Assembly (NCBI GenBank): GCA_900088475.1
Contig: FLMG01000505.1
Location: 21,337-85,336, forward strand
Length of the DNA stretch: 64,000 nucleotides
DNA from: Hyphochytrium catenoides
Taxonomy: Eukaryota > Protista > Hyphochytriomycota
Reading direction: 5' to 3'
Every line of letters begins with the position of its first letter. The stretch's first letter is position 1. This document shows, one piece after another, positions 24,801 to 36,310 of the stretch. Position numbers and translations under genes: made by a program. The notes beneath the pieces are model-generated. The model ran no database searches, was not told the origin of the DNA, and was given only the letters and a program-made list of their open reading frames with translations.

Positions 24801-27800
24801 TAGGAACATGCTGGTAGAGACACTGAAGGACATATTTGGGCCCCACAGACTCAGCAATATTCAAAAGCATCTCAGTTGAACCCTCCGTTGCCTTTTTGTC
24901 GTTAAGCTTCTCGAAGGCTACTGCACATATGACACCAGCCCCCTCTTTACTGAATGGTTGGTCTGCAGTTGTAGCACCAGCAAATGCTGCGACTGCCTCA
25001 AAGATAGCCTTTAAAACGTTGATGTTGCTCTCCTTGAAATTGTTAGTTTTCCCTCGTAGAAAGACGACTAAGGCCTCTGAAAAAGGCCCAGCTGAGGATG
25101 ATTCCGTAAGTGTTTTCTCGCAATGCTCCTTCAGAGAATATGCTGCATCTTTCCGGTCTGTCCACTTCGCGCTGGAAAGCATGGAACCGAGAGCCTCCCA
25201 ATCTGAGATCTCAAGCTCCCTTAACTTTGCCTCCGCCTCCTCGTCGGTCATGTTGCTCTGAAGGGGTCTTTCAGCACCATTCCCTCCAATTGAAGACTTT
25301 GTGGAGGCAGCGGAGGCTCCGCTGGAGGATTTACCTTTTGAGGAGATACCGCCCGCAGGCCCAGAACGCGGAGAAACCTTCTTAGGTAGGCCCTTTCCTC
25401 CTCTAGCCGCTGCAGCTGGGCGCTTACTAGACTCCGTTGCTGGAGTAGGTTCTTCGGTGTCGTCCTTGGTTGACTTGTCAGAACCTCGCCGAACAGCCTT
25501 AGATCCTACCTCCGTAGTAGCGGTCACACCACCCCCACCTCCGACTTGCTGCTCAATGGCAGACCATGACCTAGTGCTCTTGAAAGCAGCGAGGACATCC
25601 GAGTCTACTGAGCTGTGCACCTTGAGGTATTGGGCTGTGACTGACACCGCGGCGCTCTTAACCTTGGGATCGGTGTCACCTAACCCTGACCCAAGAAGCT
25701 CGCCCACCTGTCTAAAGAGTTGACGATCGTATTTCTGGTCCGGATTAGCTAGGCAGCGACCCACAAACTCAAAGGCGAGCTGCCGTGCACCAGGCACCTT
25801 ATTTGAGGTCGATAGACATGCCGCCTTGACCTCTTCGAACATTACATCGAGCGGCACACAATGCCTCTCGAACAAGTCCAAGGTATTGTTAGTCGTAGTA
25901 ATGATAACGGACTTCTTGTCCGACAGCTTGCCCAACAGAAGAGGCGTCAAAGATCTCGCATAGACGCTGAACGACTTCCGAAGACCATCCGCCAAAGCGC
26001 CAAAGACAGCCAGCGCTTTGGCCTGGATTTGGACGTTGGAATCCTGAAGCAAGAGGCGCACTGTGTTGACAAATTCTCCATACTCGCCTTGTGTTAGCTT
26101 GGGGACAGGGCCAATTATCGATAGGACAAGCTGAAGCCCTGCCACCTTCTCGCTCCACTTGGGATGAGCAATTTTCTCCTTAAAATCCGTCTTCGCGAGC
26201 TTCTCGAGCAGATTAACCGTGTCCGCAAACTCTCTAGGATCTACTGGTTTCCCGACGGCCGAAGGTGGTCCTTGTGCTCCATTCTGACGTTTTCCTCTGT
26301 CCTTTCTAAGAGTCATTGTCGGGGTTGCGGAACCGGGAACGATATCCTTGGTAGCATTTTGGTATTCAGTCTTCTGGGCTGGACGGATCTGGGACACCAC
26401 GTCCTCCAAGAGGGCCGGGCCGACCCACCTGTGTAGCTCCACCAGGAGACTCATGGCTGCAGGTCTCACTTTCGGTACGGTGGACTCAAGAAGCTCTACG
26501 AGCTTGCCCTTGACTACTGAGACAGGTAGAGGACGTGGGCCAAAGACCTGGAAAGCTTCTGTCATAAGCTCCACACAGAGCGGAGGTATTTTGGGCTTCT
26601 TATCCTTTACACCTTCTAAAAGTGCATTGAAGGTTTGCTCTATGGCGCCAATCTACACAGAAGCACCTATTAGGCGGAATCAATGGGCCACCATTAAGTC
26701 ACTCAAGACACAAGTGCATCACGCAAAGGTCGACATAAAATTTCAAACAAGTAAGCGCAGCCCAATATTCTTTATAAAAAGATCACCTCAATAAACTTGA
26801 TAAGTAACTCTTTGGAAAGCTTGACAGCTGTAGGTCTGCCATTGAATCCCTTCGCAATAATAAGAGGAGCCAACTCTCCGGCCTTTGAAGGAGGAAACGC
26901 TTCGAACTTGTCCACCAGAACGGCAATGGCGTCCAGGCCCGACTCAAAAGAGCTTGCGTTGGCATCGCTAACCATACCTTTTAGCAGATGTTCTGTGGAA
27001 TAAACATTAGTACAGGACTTCCTAACCACCGCTGGTCACACAGCGTAAGAGTCATCACTATGAACGCAAGTAGTAACCAAAGAGACATGTCACCAAGAGC
27101 ACCCATATGAGCCCTAAGCTCAAAGTTCTTCGTGTATATACACGGCGGAATAGCTAATAGTGATAACCAGACCTTACCATGTTCCGCATAGGTTTGCTGC
27201 GTTACCGCCTCGACAGTGGCCAACTCCGCCTTCAAAGCTTCGCAAGCTCCTTTTCGTACTTTCCAATTCTTTCAGTCGCAAAATGGTGGCACGGCAGACG
27301 AAGAGAGAGGACAGTAGAGATTGGGCCCGTAGACAATCAGACAAGGGGTCGCATCATGTGCATAGTATTGTGGGCAGTAACTTACACTGTCTACCATCCT
27401 TTGAACTATTGGCCTATCATCCGCCGGACCATCATCACCTAGTGGCAAGAGATTAATAAACACGTTTCAAAATTATGGCAACGGACCTCTAGAGTCGTAC
27501 CAGCTTGCTCCGAGTTCGATGGAGCCTCTCCAACGTTTGGAATCGAGTCCCCTGATATACCTGATGTAGGAGGTGGAGCTGGGGGTGCAGCGGGAGGCGG
27601 GCCATCTTCTCTCAAGTCTGGTGCGGCTTGGGGTGCAGGTAGCTCAAGAGATGGCATAGGCTCTGGTTTACTTTCTACTACCACTTCTTTTTCACGTGCG
27701 TTTCTCTTTGCTGCTATCGCGGACCTGAGAGATGGCTGCTTCTTGGCCGGCGCAGGAGCGGCTCTGGGAGGATCCGACGCTGGCTCGCTGGCACCTTTTA

Positions 27801-28103
27801 TAACTAAGGGTCAACAGTTAAACCCATGTTGAGAGTATACAGCTACCGAGAAGCCACTTACGAGGAGAATTGGCTAAACCTCCAGTGGCGGGAGGAGGGG
27901 GCGCACCCTCATCATCATCTAATGCGAACAAAAAGAGAATAGTTTTAGTCTCAGGGCTCTTGTTGACACTTGGAGGTTCCGGTCTTACATTTAACACCAG
28001 AAGAGATGGACTGGGTGATTGACAAGAGCTCCCTCACATCAAAGCCGCCGCACTGGGGACACTTGCAACTCATATTGCGGAGGCATTTTACCTCCTCCGC
28101 CAT
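18874..28103 (-). CDS. CKAP5: XMAP215/ch-TOG/MOR1 family TOG-domain microtubule polymerase (multi-exon)
   Basis: Successive TOG/HEAT domains with tubulin-binding loops 'KWSEKVAGL', 'KWTDRKDAA', 'DWQQRLAAM', plus 'SDANASSFESGL', 'DSNVQIQ', 'FKESNINV', 'LSDSNANLK', 'SDNKKVM', 'LDLVLKWCTLR', 'SKNTRTK..CL'. C-terminus '...LLERFARLKK*' at 18874. First micro-exon ATG GCG GAG GAG|GT at 28103 is inferred. Confidence 0.95.
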
Positions 28104-28398
28104 GGTTGGAACAACAGGAGTGGGCTAGAGCACCCTCGCTAAGTAAATTTTAAGCGAAGAGTTACGGATGCAAATCCCGTGGGCATTCCCTTAATTATAA
28201 CTGTGCCGAAATGCCGCAGCAAAACGGTCGAAAAAGCCAATAAGAAGCTTCAGAATCTTCAATCTGGAGTTCCTCTGATTTTTTGTTCAAGGAGGAGATG
28301 GAGGGACAACACAACTTGACAGTGAGATTTGCGTGGAGAAAAGTTATAGATTTTGCAGGGAAAAATGGTTCAAATCAAATGCCGGATAACAGTAAACT

Positions 28399-28481
28399 TG
28401 ACTCCCCTGAATAACGACCTCGGGAAAAGCCCATATAGGTAGTTATTATTATGTGAATAATCCTAACATTCAGGGGAGTCA
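28399..28481. repeat. 14-bp perfect inverted repeat (TGACTCCCCTGAAT ... ATTCAGGGGAGTCA) with 55-bp spacer
   Basis: 28399-28412 is the reverse complement of 28468-28481. Confidence 0.8.
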
Positions 28482-28938
28482 TAAAGCGCTGGGTAAGAGT
28501 ACAAACGGTAGAGCTTCCGTTCTGCAAGGCGAAAAAAGGCAAACTCATTGAACAATTCACTTGCTAGGCACAAGGCAAGGTCTTCCCATGTCATCAGGAG
28601 AGGAGCATCAACAGATAGCGCGCAACCAGGACCAGGACATGACGTTGAGAGTTGCCACCTTATTATAGGCGTCAACTTATCCTCTGTCCGACATCCACCT
28701 CAGTCCGACGGTAGGATACCTAGTGGTAAGCGGAACTGTTGCGCGTTCCCTGGAGACTGTGGACATAGTGCTGGAGGTCAAGAGGACGTGCGATTGCAGA
28801 GTTGCAACAGCCTGCCATGCTTAGGAAGGTCTCGCTTTGTTCAGTGAAGGTGGTAACTCAAGTTAATATAGCAGTATCAGAAGAGGTTACAAGGCTCGGG
28901 CCACGCCAGTGCATTACGGAAATCGGGTAGTTGAAAGA

Positions 28939-29072
28939 GGATTTTGGAAGAAGAAAGGAAGGTGTTCAGCAGGATATCATCGCTGAGGGTAGGGTTTCAC
29001 GTGGGGATTTTGGAAGAAAAAAGGAAGGTGTTCAGAAGGGATATCCATCGTTGAGGGTAGGGCTTCACGTGG
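28939..29072. repeat. Tandem duplication of ~66 bp (2 copies)
   Basis: GGATTTTGGAAGAA.AAAGGAAGGTGTTCAG..GGATATC.ATCG.TGAGGGTAGGG.TTCACGTGG at 28939 and 29005. Confidence 0.9.
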
Positions 29073-29305
29073 CTGCGTGTCCTCTACGTTCTCCTTTGAA
29101 GATTGATACCCCATACCCACAAGCCGTGACCCATGGCAGCCGACGCCCTTGGCTGCTAATACTCTCCATGCTTTCCCAAATAGTATCCGTAATAAGCATG
29201 TGTTAGCTTTGCTATACATAGCTGCGACAGTTAAGCGGTGTTCAAGATCCATATTGCCACTGGTCCTGTCTTGTCCTGCTTCTATGGCTCTTGGAGGGTA
29301 GAGTG

Positions 29306-31273
29306 TTAAGATCTGACCGAGGCTAAGAGTTCCTCCCAGACCTCCAGTAAGGAGGAGCCTGACTTTTCTCTCTCTTGCACCTTCTCGACAAAAGCGGATG
29401 CAAGAAGGCTATCCCCAAAGGTTGATATGCGGAGGATGGCAGACAAAGATTCCGCGCAATGCCAAGGGAGTTCTTTGAACGCCATGGACGCCGCCAGCCA
29501 TTGGACTGTGAGCATCACTAGGGGGTCACCCCCAAATGCTCCGCAGCCCCATTTACCCGTATCTATTACTAACCGTGGAACTAATGTGGGCGGCACTATA
29601 CCCTCTTGTTTTCCCGCTACAGTCGAGTTGAGAGCCAGCGGAAGGTAGAAGTATCTTATAGCGGCACGAAAGCCCAGGAAGGCCTTTCTAAGGTCCCTCT
29701 GTAGCAAAGCGTTCCCTTGTAGACCACTAGTTGAACTGACAGCAACTTCCCTTTGGTCACATTCGTTGAGATTCAGGTCCCTCTCAGTTGCGTCCATCAC
29801 GATAACGCATTCAGAACACTTGTCTCCTCTTCGCTCCCTTTCTAGCTTTGAGATTCTCCCAATGTGCCGAATCTCTCTCCCTCCATATCCAGCGTAATCT
29901 CCCCACTTTTCTGCCCCACGTGCAATGACAACCTCATTGGCAGCAAGAGGTTGACTGCCTGTAAAGAGGACTATCAAGCATAGCTCGGGTCTATGTCCAA
30001 TCAATAGCTCCTCTTGACTCCCTCCTCGGCCAAAGCTGGGGAACCTATGCGCAAAGTCAACCTCAGCCCGCAGGGTGGGAGGGAGACAGTGAGACTCTAG
30101 ATCAGGAGCTAAGGCCATGCACTGTTCTTCCCTGCACTCATCCCGGGGTGATTGCATCTCAGACAACAGAGAATCACCAATTCGCCCTCGTGCCGTGCAG
30201 ACTATGGAATCCGCGGGCAAAACCGAGGTGGAAGCGTAGTGAGCTATTAGCTGCTCCGGTGATAAGTCCGTTTTGAGACGAAAGAATGATATGGGAGCTT
30301 CCGACAGTCGAACCGTCGTGTTGTGAACCAAGGGGACTTCCTCCATCCGTGATGCTGCTTGGCATTCGTAGCTCTCTTGCTTGGGTTCCCAATCCTCAAA
30401 ATAGCTTATAATGGTGTGGAGGTAGGAGGCACAAGCTGGAGAGGCTGAATCCTCATACCAAGGAAGTAAGGTCATCCAATAAGGGTGATAGTGGAGACAC
30501 TGGCCATCAACCAGCGCCACCCTATCTATGCCTGCTCTTTCGTGCCGAAGTGCACTGACATCTTCCGATTGCCGGCGGCATAGCGTGCAAAGAAACATGT
30601 TGGCAAGCAGAGTTGCTGCTTGGCCTCGGGAGAGTTGCCAAAGGTCGCCAACCTGAAGACTGCAGGTCCCCTCCTGAGTCCACTCAGGTTCTACATAGGG
30701 TTCGGTTATCGTGTTTCTCTTTACAGAGGCAGGATCCGTTCCTCCCTGCCACTCTTGAGGACAAAGCTCACCAAACGGGAAATGCTGGTCAAGTTGTGTG
30801 GCAGCTTTAACTACATTACTTAGCACCTTCCTCAACCTGTCCGGATTGACTTCGGCAGCTAGGAATGTAGCTAAGAAGTCGAGGGATGGTTGAGGTGCGG
30901 AATACAGATACCGTTTTTGTATGTGTGGCGGCAGTTCGGCCGCTGTCTCTAGGGAAGACGACGACAAGGTGCCATACTTTTCATTCACAGTTTCTATGAA
31001 CTCTATAAGATGTGGTGCAGTGTGTATCGGAGGGGCAGCAGGAGACAACAGGTCACTGAGGACTGACCAGGCGATGTAGTCCACCTCTCGAATACTGTCT
31101 GTTGGAAGCTTATCCTCCTGTTCTTGGCCTGGTCCTTCATCAATACCATTGAGCTCTTTCCCTCTTTGTCGTCTATGTATCTCCCTCTCATTCCTCCGAT
31201 GGACGGCTGACGGAGAACAATAGTTCGGCAGACGGAAAGACCGCCAGCACGGACAAGACCTTTCGCTATCCAT
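29306..31273 (-). CDS. PARG: Poly(ADP-ribose) glycohydrolase, intronless
   Basis: 655-aa ORF with 'LLANMFLCTL', 'AEVDFAHRFPSFGRGGSQEELLIGHRPEL', 'NEVVIARGAEKWGDYAGYG', 'VMDA', 'RDLRKAFLGF', 'TGKWGCGAFGGDP....VQWLAAS'. Confidence 0.92.
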   Translation of the reverse strand: MDSERSCPCWRSFRLPNYCSPSAVHRRNEREIHRRQRGKELNGIDEGPGQEQEDKLPTDSIREVDYIAWSVLSDLLSPAAPPIHTAPHLIEFIETVNEKYGTLSSSSLETAAELPPHIQKRYLYSAPQPSLDFLATFLAAEVNPDRLRKVLSNVVKAATQLDQHFPFGELCPQEWQGGTDPASVKRNTITEPYVEPEWTQEGTCSLQVGDLWQLSRGQAATLLANMFLCTLCRRQSEDVSALRHERAGIDRVALVDGQCLHYHPYWMTLLPWYEDSASPACASYLHTIISYFEDWEPKQESYECQAASRMEEVPLVHNTTVRLSEAPISFFRLKTDLSPEQLIAHYASTSVLPADSIVCTARGRIGDSLLSEMQSPRDECREEQCMALAPDLESHCLPPTLRAEVDFAHRFPSFGRGGSQEELLIGHRPELCLIVLFTGSQPLAANEVVIARGAEKWGDYAGYGGREIRHIGRISKLERERRGDKCSECVIVMDATERDLNLNECDQREVAVSSTSGLQGNALLQRDLRKAFLGFRAAIRYFYLPLALNSTVAGKQEGIVPPTLVPRLVIDTGKWGCGAFGGDPLVMLTVQWLAASMAFKELPWHCAESLSAILRISTFGDSLLASAFVEKVQEREKSGSSLLEVWEELLASVRS

Positions 31274-31812
31274 GTCTGCAAATAATTGCCCCAGACCTCA
31301 GCAGCAGCTCATCCTGCTTGTGCGAGCTATGGACTAGGTGGAAGTGATGGATCTATCATCAACAACGAGAAAGTTGCCATCTCCTACGAGGTCTGGACTT
31401 CCCTAGAAAGTTTGTCTCTTTGTTTGAAGCAACTGATTCTGATTTGTCTCGGCTTTCTAGGCTCTTTATTAGTAGCCCTAGATAGAGGTTGGTAAAACTT
31501 TAAAGCGCCGCCAGGCGAAGCTTGGCGGCCACAGAAAGCATCACAAGAACAAGGGATTTGGAAACAAGCGATGAACCAGCTCAAGAAAAACTTCCTGACT
31601 TCGCACTTTGACCTACAATAACCGGCAGATTCTGTGCGCAGAAGCTCCAGATTTCGACATTTGAGCACCTGCCGCTTTATCCTCAGGCCCAAGGTCGATC
31701 GGAAAGAGAGAGGAACCTCCTCATGCAAGAGTGCTGCCTTACATAGACATAGGCCTTTCATAGCAGCTTGTTTTTCTCAAACCCACTTTGATCTACCAAC
31801 TGTATAAGCACC

Positions 31813-33163
31813 ATGGGAGCCCAGTTCAGCTCTTTGAAGGAATCCTCTAGATCAAACGATGCCCCTTTTTCCTTTCGCATCCCAGTTGCACAATGCGAGG
31901 CGGCTCCTCAGCAGGTTTTTCCTTTACCTTTCTTGATACGGGGATGGTGGCAGCTTGCTTACCTCTACTGCAGGATTATGTAAAACAGGTTGCCGAGGAG
32001 AATCCAGAGGACAATCCCATCATCCAAAATCTAGAGAAGAGACATGAAGAGATGAAAAGCCTTCCCAACCCGGGACCTTTTGAGTCCTTGTCGGGTACAC
32101 CGTACTATTTTGACATCTTTGAAGGTTTCAGAGTAGATATACAGAAGCGGATTGGACCGGCACTTCATGTCTCACATAGGTAAGCGGCCGCATCGACTTC
32201 TGTTCCCAGAATAGGGACGTTAAGGTAACAACATACTGCAGCTTGAACCTTGGTAATCAGCAGATTCCCGGCGGCGCCTTCTACAACTTCGCTGTGAGCG
32301 GCACAATGCTAAAAAATGTAGGCCATTGTCCTAGTTTTGCATCACGCAGATGCCACGGCTTATGGTCTAAAAAAATTGTCTCCAAACTCAGGGACAAACT
32401 CCTAGCAGAAGCTTTACATCTAGACTCATGATGGACGGGCGGTTGGACTTCAAGTGGAGCGAGAATGTATCTGAACGAGTTGGCACGAAGCTCCAGGCCC
32501 TTGTACGTACTTTCAAGCCGCCCTAGTTATTTTGGGAGATGAACAGCTTATTCACACTGCCACCAAATGCAGCTAAGCCCGAATAATCAGCCGCCTCAAG
32601 TATCGCTTGATGTTGATTATCTGGGAACGGACTTCGTAGCCACTGCTAAATGGAACAACGGCGGGATTCTTGGTGTAACTTACTTGCAGAGCATCACAAA
32701 GAGGATTGCCATGGGCGGTAAGCTACATCATTGAACATACCTTTAAGGTGTCTTGGGAGATCCTAAAACGTAGGTTGCTGCAGGAGAAGCTTACTATGTG
32801 GTTGGTGGGAAGCAGGACGTCAGTACTTCATATGGAGTACGGTATGCTGATCCCATGATGGGGACTGCGCAAGTGTGTTATTCAAACGGAGCTTTCGCCC
32901 TTCAGTATTACCGTACGCTTAGCCCGAAGTGGACCCTTTTATCGGATCTCCAATACTCCGTAGAGGGGGGATCTGCTGCGTCGACAGGGTTCATCTGCAA
33001 CTTTGGGCAAGGCCAGCTGGCCTCTAAAGTGGATCACAACGGGCGAGTGACATCTGTCCTCGATACAGCTCTCTCAAACTATGCTTCTTTAGTGTTTAGC
33101 GCAGAAATTCAACACGCAACCAACGAATATGCCTTCGGATATGGTATAAAGTTTGCTAGCTAA
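31813..33163 (+). CDS. TOM40: Mitochondrial import channel Tom40 (multi-exon)
   Basis: 'LPNPGPFE.L....FDIFEGFRVDIQKRIGPALHVSH', 'DVDYLGTDFVATAK', 'GVTYLQSITKRIAMGGE', 'SKVDHNGRV', 'FSAEIQH...YAFGYGI'. ATG 31813 gives MGAQFSS. Confidence 0.9.
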
Positions 33164-33721
33164 GCAAGAGCTGGCTCCATCCCCAGCTTTTTCCACTACT
33201 ATTGACTGAGATTCCAGATGTTTCCCATGCTTCCAGAAAGGGCAGTCACACTTTACATACTCAGGTTGCTAGTACTACCGAACCTGCTCCTCTTGAGGCA
33301 TTACCACCATGAATAACAATAAACCTCAACAAACAACAAAAGAACCGCAAATTTGTCAAATCATAGTTCTATCTTCTTCTGGGCAGCTCTTCAATACGAA
33401 TGGGAGCTGGCGACGGAGGCAACCGGCCCAGTCTATCATCAGCCCCGTACGCCAACAGTTTCTTCTTGAGATGTCAGGGAGTGAATGGGCGCAAGTAAGC
33501 TAAGCCTGGAAAGGAAAAGAGAAGACTTCCAAGAACCATCACCTCGTTCATCATCTCTAGGGAAGAATAATCCCCCTCTGATAGTGACTTAGAAGTGGGG
33601 ATTAAGTTCTCATCCGGTATGTAAAGGCCTTTAGATCTATGGGACTGCGGGGATTGAATTTCTTCTGTGTAGATCAACATTAAACTATCGAGAACCTAAC
33701 ATACTTTATGGAAAGATGTGG

Positions 33722-36310
33722 TCTTTATTATCAAATTAGTAAAGAGGATGCAGTCGACTACTGATTAGAGAACGCGAAGGTATGCAAATATGTACTACGA
33801 AGACTGAAAAGAGAAACTACAAAGAACTATAGTAGGCCAGACACAGAAAGGAAGAGCACAGTAGCAGGACTTCACCCGGCCCCCAAGGGCCGGGCATTGA
33901 CAAGAAGCGGCTGCTGTGGGGCCATCGAAGAAGCAGGGCAGGGAGTTCATCCTCCTGCCCAATGATGCGAGAAAGGAAGACGTCTTGATCCTCCTTGACG
34001 ATCAACACCCCAGACAGCATTTTCAGGAGCTGAAGCAGGAGCTGGAGCAGCAGTGCGACGAGTAGGAGGAGAAGAAGCAGCAGAAAGGAGAGCATAAGAA
34101 GAGGCCAGAGCGGGAGAAAAGTGGTAAGGCAGCAAGGAAGGGCGCTGAAGGCGGCAATCTGGATACTACCATACGGGCGGCTTCCTCATGCAATGCCAAG
34201 GACACTTGTTTGAACAGGCGATGTCGGAAAAAGTGAACATCGCGTTCCAGAGCTACTGTCCCATCAGCCTGAGCAGCACAAATAGTGTTGACAAAGCTAG
34301 CAACGGTAGCAGAGGCCCCACCAAAGGGCTCCCGGACTGAAGGAAGGAAGTCGATCTGGTGGGCATTACATGCGGCCAGGTACTTGTGACTCTTTCGGTC
34401 CTCAACCGCAGCCATCTGATATCCCGACCGCTCCGCTGCATATCGAAGGGTGTTTTTTTGTTGCAGCCGATGCGTTACCGAGATGTCAAACGCTGTGACT
34501 GGGAATCGGTGACTGTATCCAGGGACCGCTCGGTTACCAGTGCGGGCGAAGGAACAGCGAGATAGAGTGGAGCGGCTCACTGGAGCAGCGGTAACCGGCG
34601 TCCGACACTGCAGAACACAGTGGGGAGAGGACACGGTTATGACGACGTGAGGCACCGCCACCTGTGCGACACATCATTGCATGGTCGCCGTAGACATCCA
34701 TCTCGGACCTTTTTGCAACTCTCACATACAGCGGCGGCCGCGAGAAAGGGAAGACCAAGAAAGCGCTGAAGCATGGCCCGAAATAACCCTGGACTGAGCC
34801 TTATGCAACAGCGCCCCACAGGGAGAGGCGGCAAGGAAAGCCCCAGCATGTGGGAGAGAAACAGAAAGGAGACAAGCCCGGAAATAGGAGACGGAGGAGA
34901 AAGAAGACGGAGGTGAGCGCGCTTCCAGAGGCAGGAGCAAAACCTCTGCTGCAAGTCCTTGACACGACAAGCTGAAGGAAGCCGCCGCTCCTCTGATTGC
35001 TCCGGCAACCCCATGTCATCGTAGAGGGCACGAAGAGAGCATTCAACCGCCGCAGGTGGACTAGCAAACTGTTGCGTACAGGGCACGAAGAGAGCATTCA
35101 ACCGCCGCAGGTGGACTAGCAAGCTGTTGCGAAGGCCTAAGAGTGACGACACAAGTTCGTAGGAGAGCGCTAGAGAATCAACAAAAGCAGGACGAGAGAC
35201 AGCGGAAGCAGGAAGGAGACCCAGACCGCCAAGCCTGATGGTAGAGAAGCCTGCTCCCATGCACAGTCAGGACGTGGAACGGAAGAGTCCCAACTCAAAA
35301 GACAAGCTAAAAACCGTTTGCTCCTCAGATCAACATCAGGCAACTGACAGGCCACAAGAGCCGGGGACAAGTGCGGAGAAGATAATTTATCTTGATTACG
35401 CCCAGACAGCCCCTGAACAAGGCAAGACGAACTTGGAGATGTTCAACCTGATCAAGAAGAGAATCGACGGAAAGGAGGCGAGCAAAGAGAGAAGACAAGA
35501 AGGAAGAAACGAAAACCGGGGAGCCTATAAGGGCCCCAAGAAGCTCTACTCCACACGGAGAGACACGTCTAATCGCTGGAGAAATTCATCCAGAGGAGAG
35601 GTTCGGGAAGGCCACCATAACTCGCATTTGGGAAGGTTCAAAAAGAGTCCAAGCGACGGGGAGAGGTCGTTAATGAGCTTGAGAGCCCGGAGAACAAAAG
35701 CATGGCGTCCTATCAAGGTGCCATCATCAAGGTACCAAGTATGCAAGAGGAGGTCAGGAACCTCCTCCCGCAACTTTAGGACCAAGGGCTGTAGGGCCAG
35801 AGAAAATAGAAGTGGACCCAAAGGATCGCTCTGCTGGACCTCCCAGGAGATAGAGAGACGGAAGGTACCAAAAGATGGGACGGCTGGCCATAAGAGAACC
35901 TCACCCAAAGACAGAGAGAAGGAAAAATGGAGGCGAATCTGATCAAGGATAACCGATCTGCTAACACAATTGAAAGCATTGGAAAAGTCCACCTTGAGCA
36001 TAACCAGCTCTGGATCGTTACCATGTTCGTGGGACCACTCGTCTTACTGCGTGGACAAATGGCTTCCGACCCTGCCCGCACAGCCACGCCAACGTGGAGA
36101 GGAGAGAAGTAATCACTAACGTCAGACTTCACTATGGAGCAACAGCACTGGGCGGCCAACCTCCGAAAAGTTTCGCCGACAGCTATAGGCCTTCCCGGAA
36201 CGAGCATGCTTAGTGCGGCTTCCACTCGAGCTGAGCTAGTCCAACGCAGATCAGCTTCAGGGAAGAGAAAGAGTAAAGACCAGGCTGACACAGAGTTGAC
36301 CAGATCACAG
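33722..36310 (-). mobile_element. Decayed non-LTR retrotransposon (CRE-like; RT + CCHC + restriction-like endonuclease), 5'-truncated
   Basis: Frameshifted motifs 'RPIAVGETFRRLAAQC', 'LKVDFSNAFNCVSR', 'VQQSDPLGPLLFSLALQP', 'WYLDDG', 'GLFLNLPKCE', 'RLGGLGL', CCHC 'CESC...YGDHAMMC...RRHN', RLE 'AFDISVTH...K..KY...FLP.V.E.FGG'. Ends near AATAAA at ~33725. Confidence 0.92.
35025..35131. repeat. 55-bp internal tandem duplication within the minus-strand LINE copy
   Basis: AGGGCACGAAGAGAGCATTCAACCGCCGCAGGTGGACTAGCAA.CTGTTGCG at 35025 and 35080; single copy in the other LINE. Confidence 0.9.

Noticed and set aside
23196-26794. Several long plus-strand ORFs (e.g. 206, 141, 140, 148 aa)
   Set aside because: Antisense shadows of XMAP215 exons.
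35238-35942. 234-aa K/R-rich plus-strand ORF
   Set aside because: Antisense shadow of the pyrimidine-rich LINE RT region.
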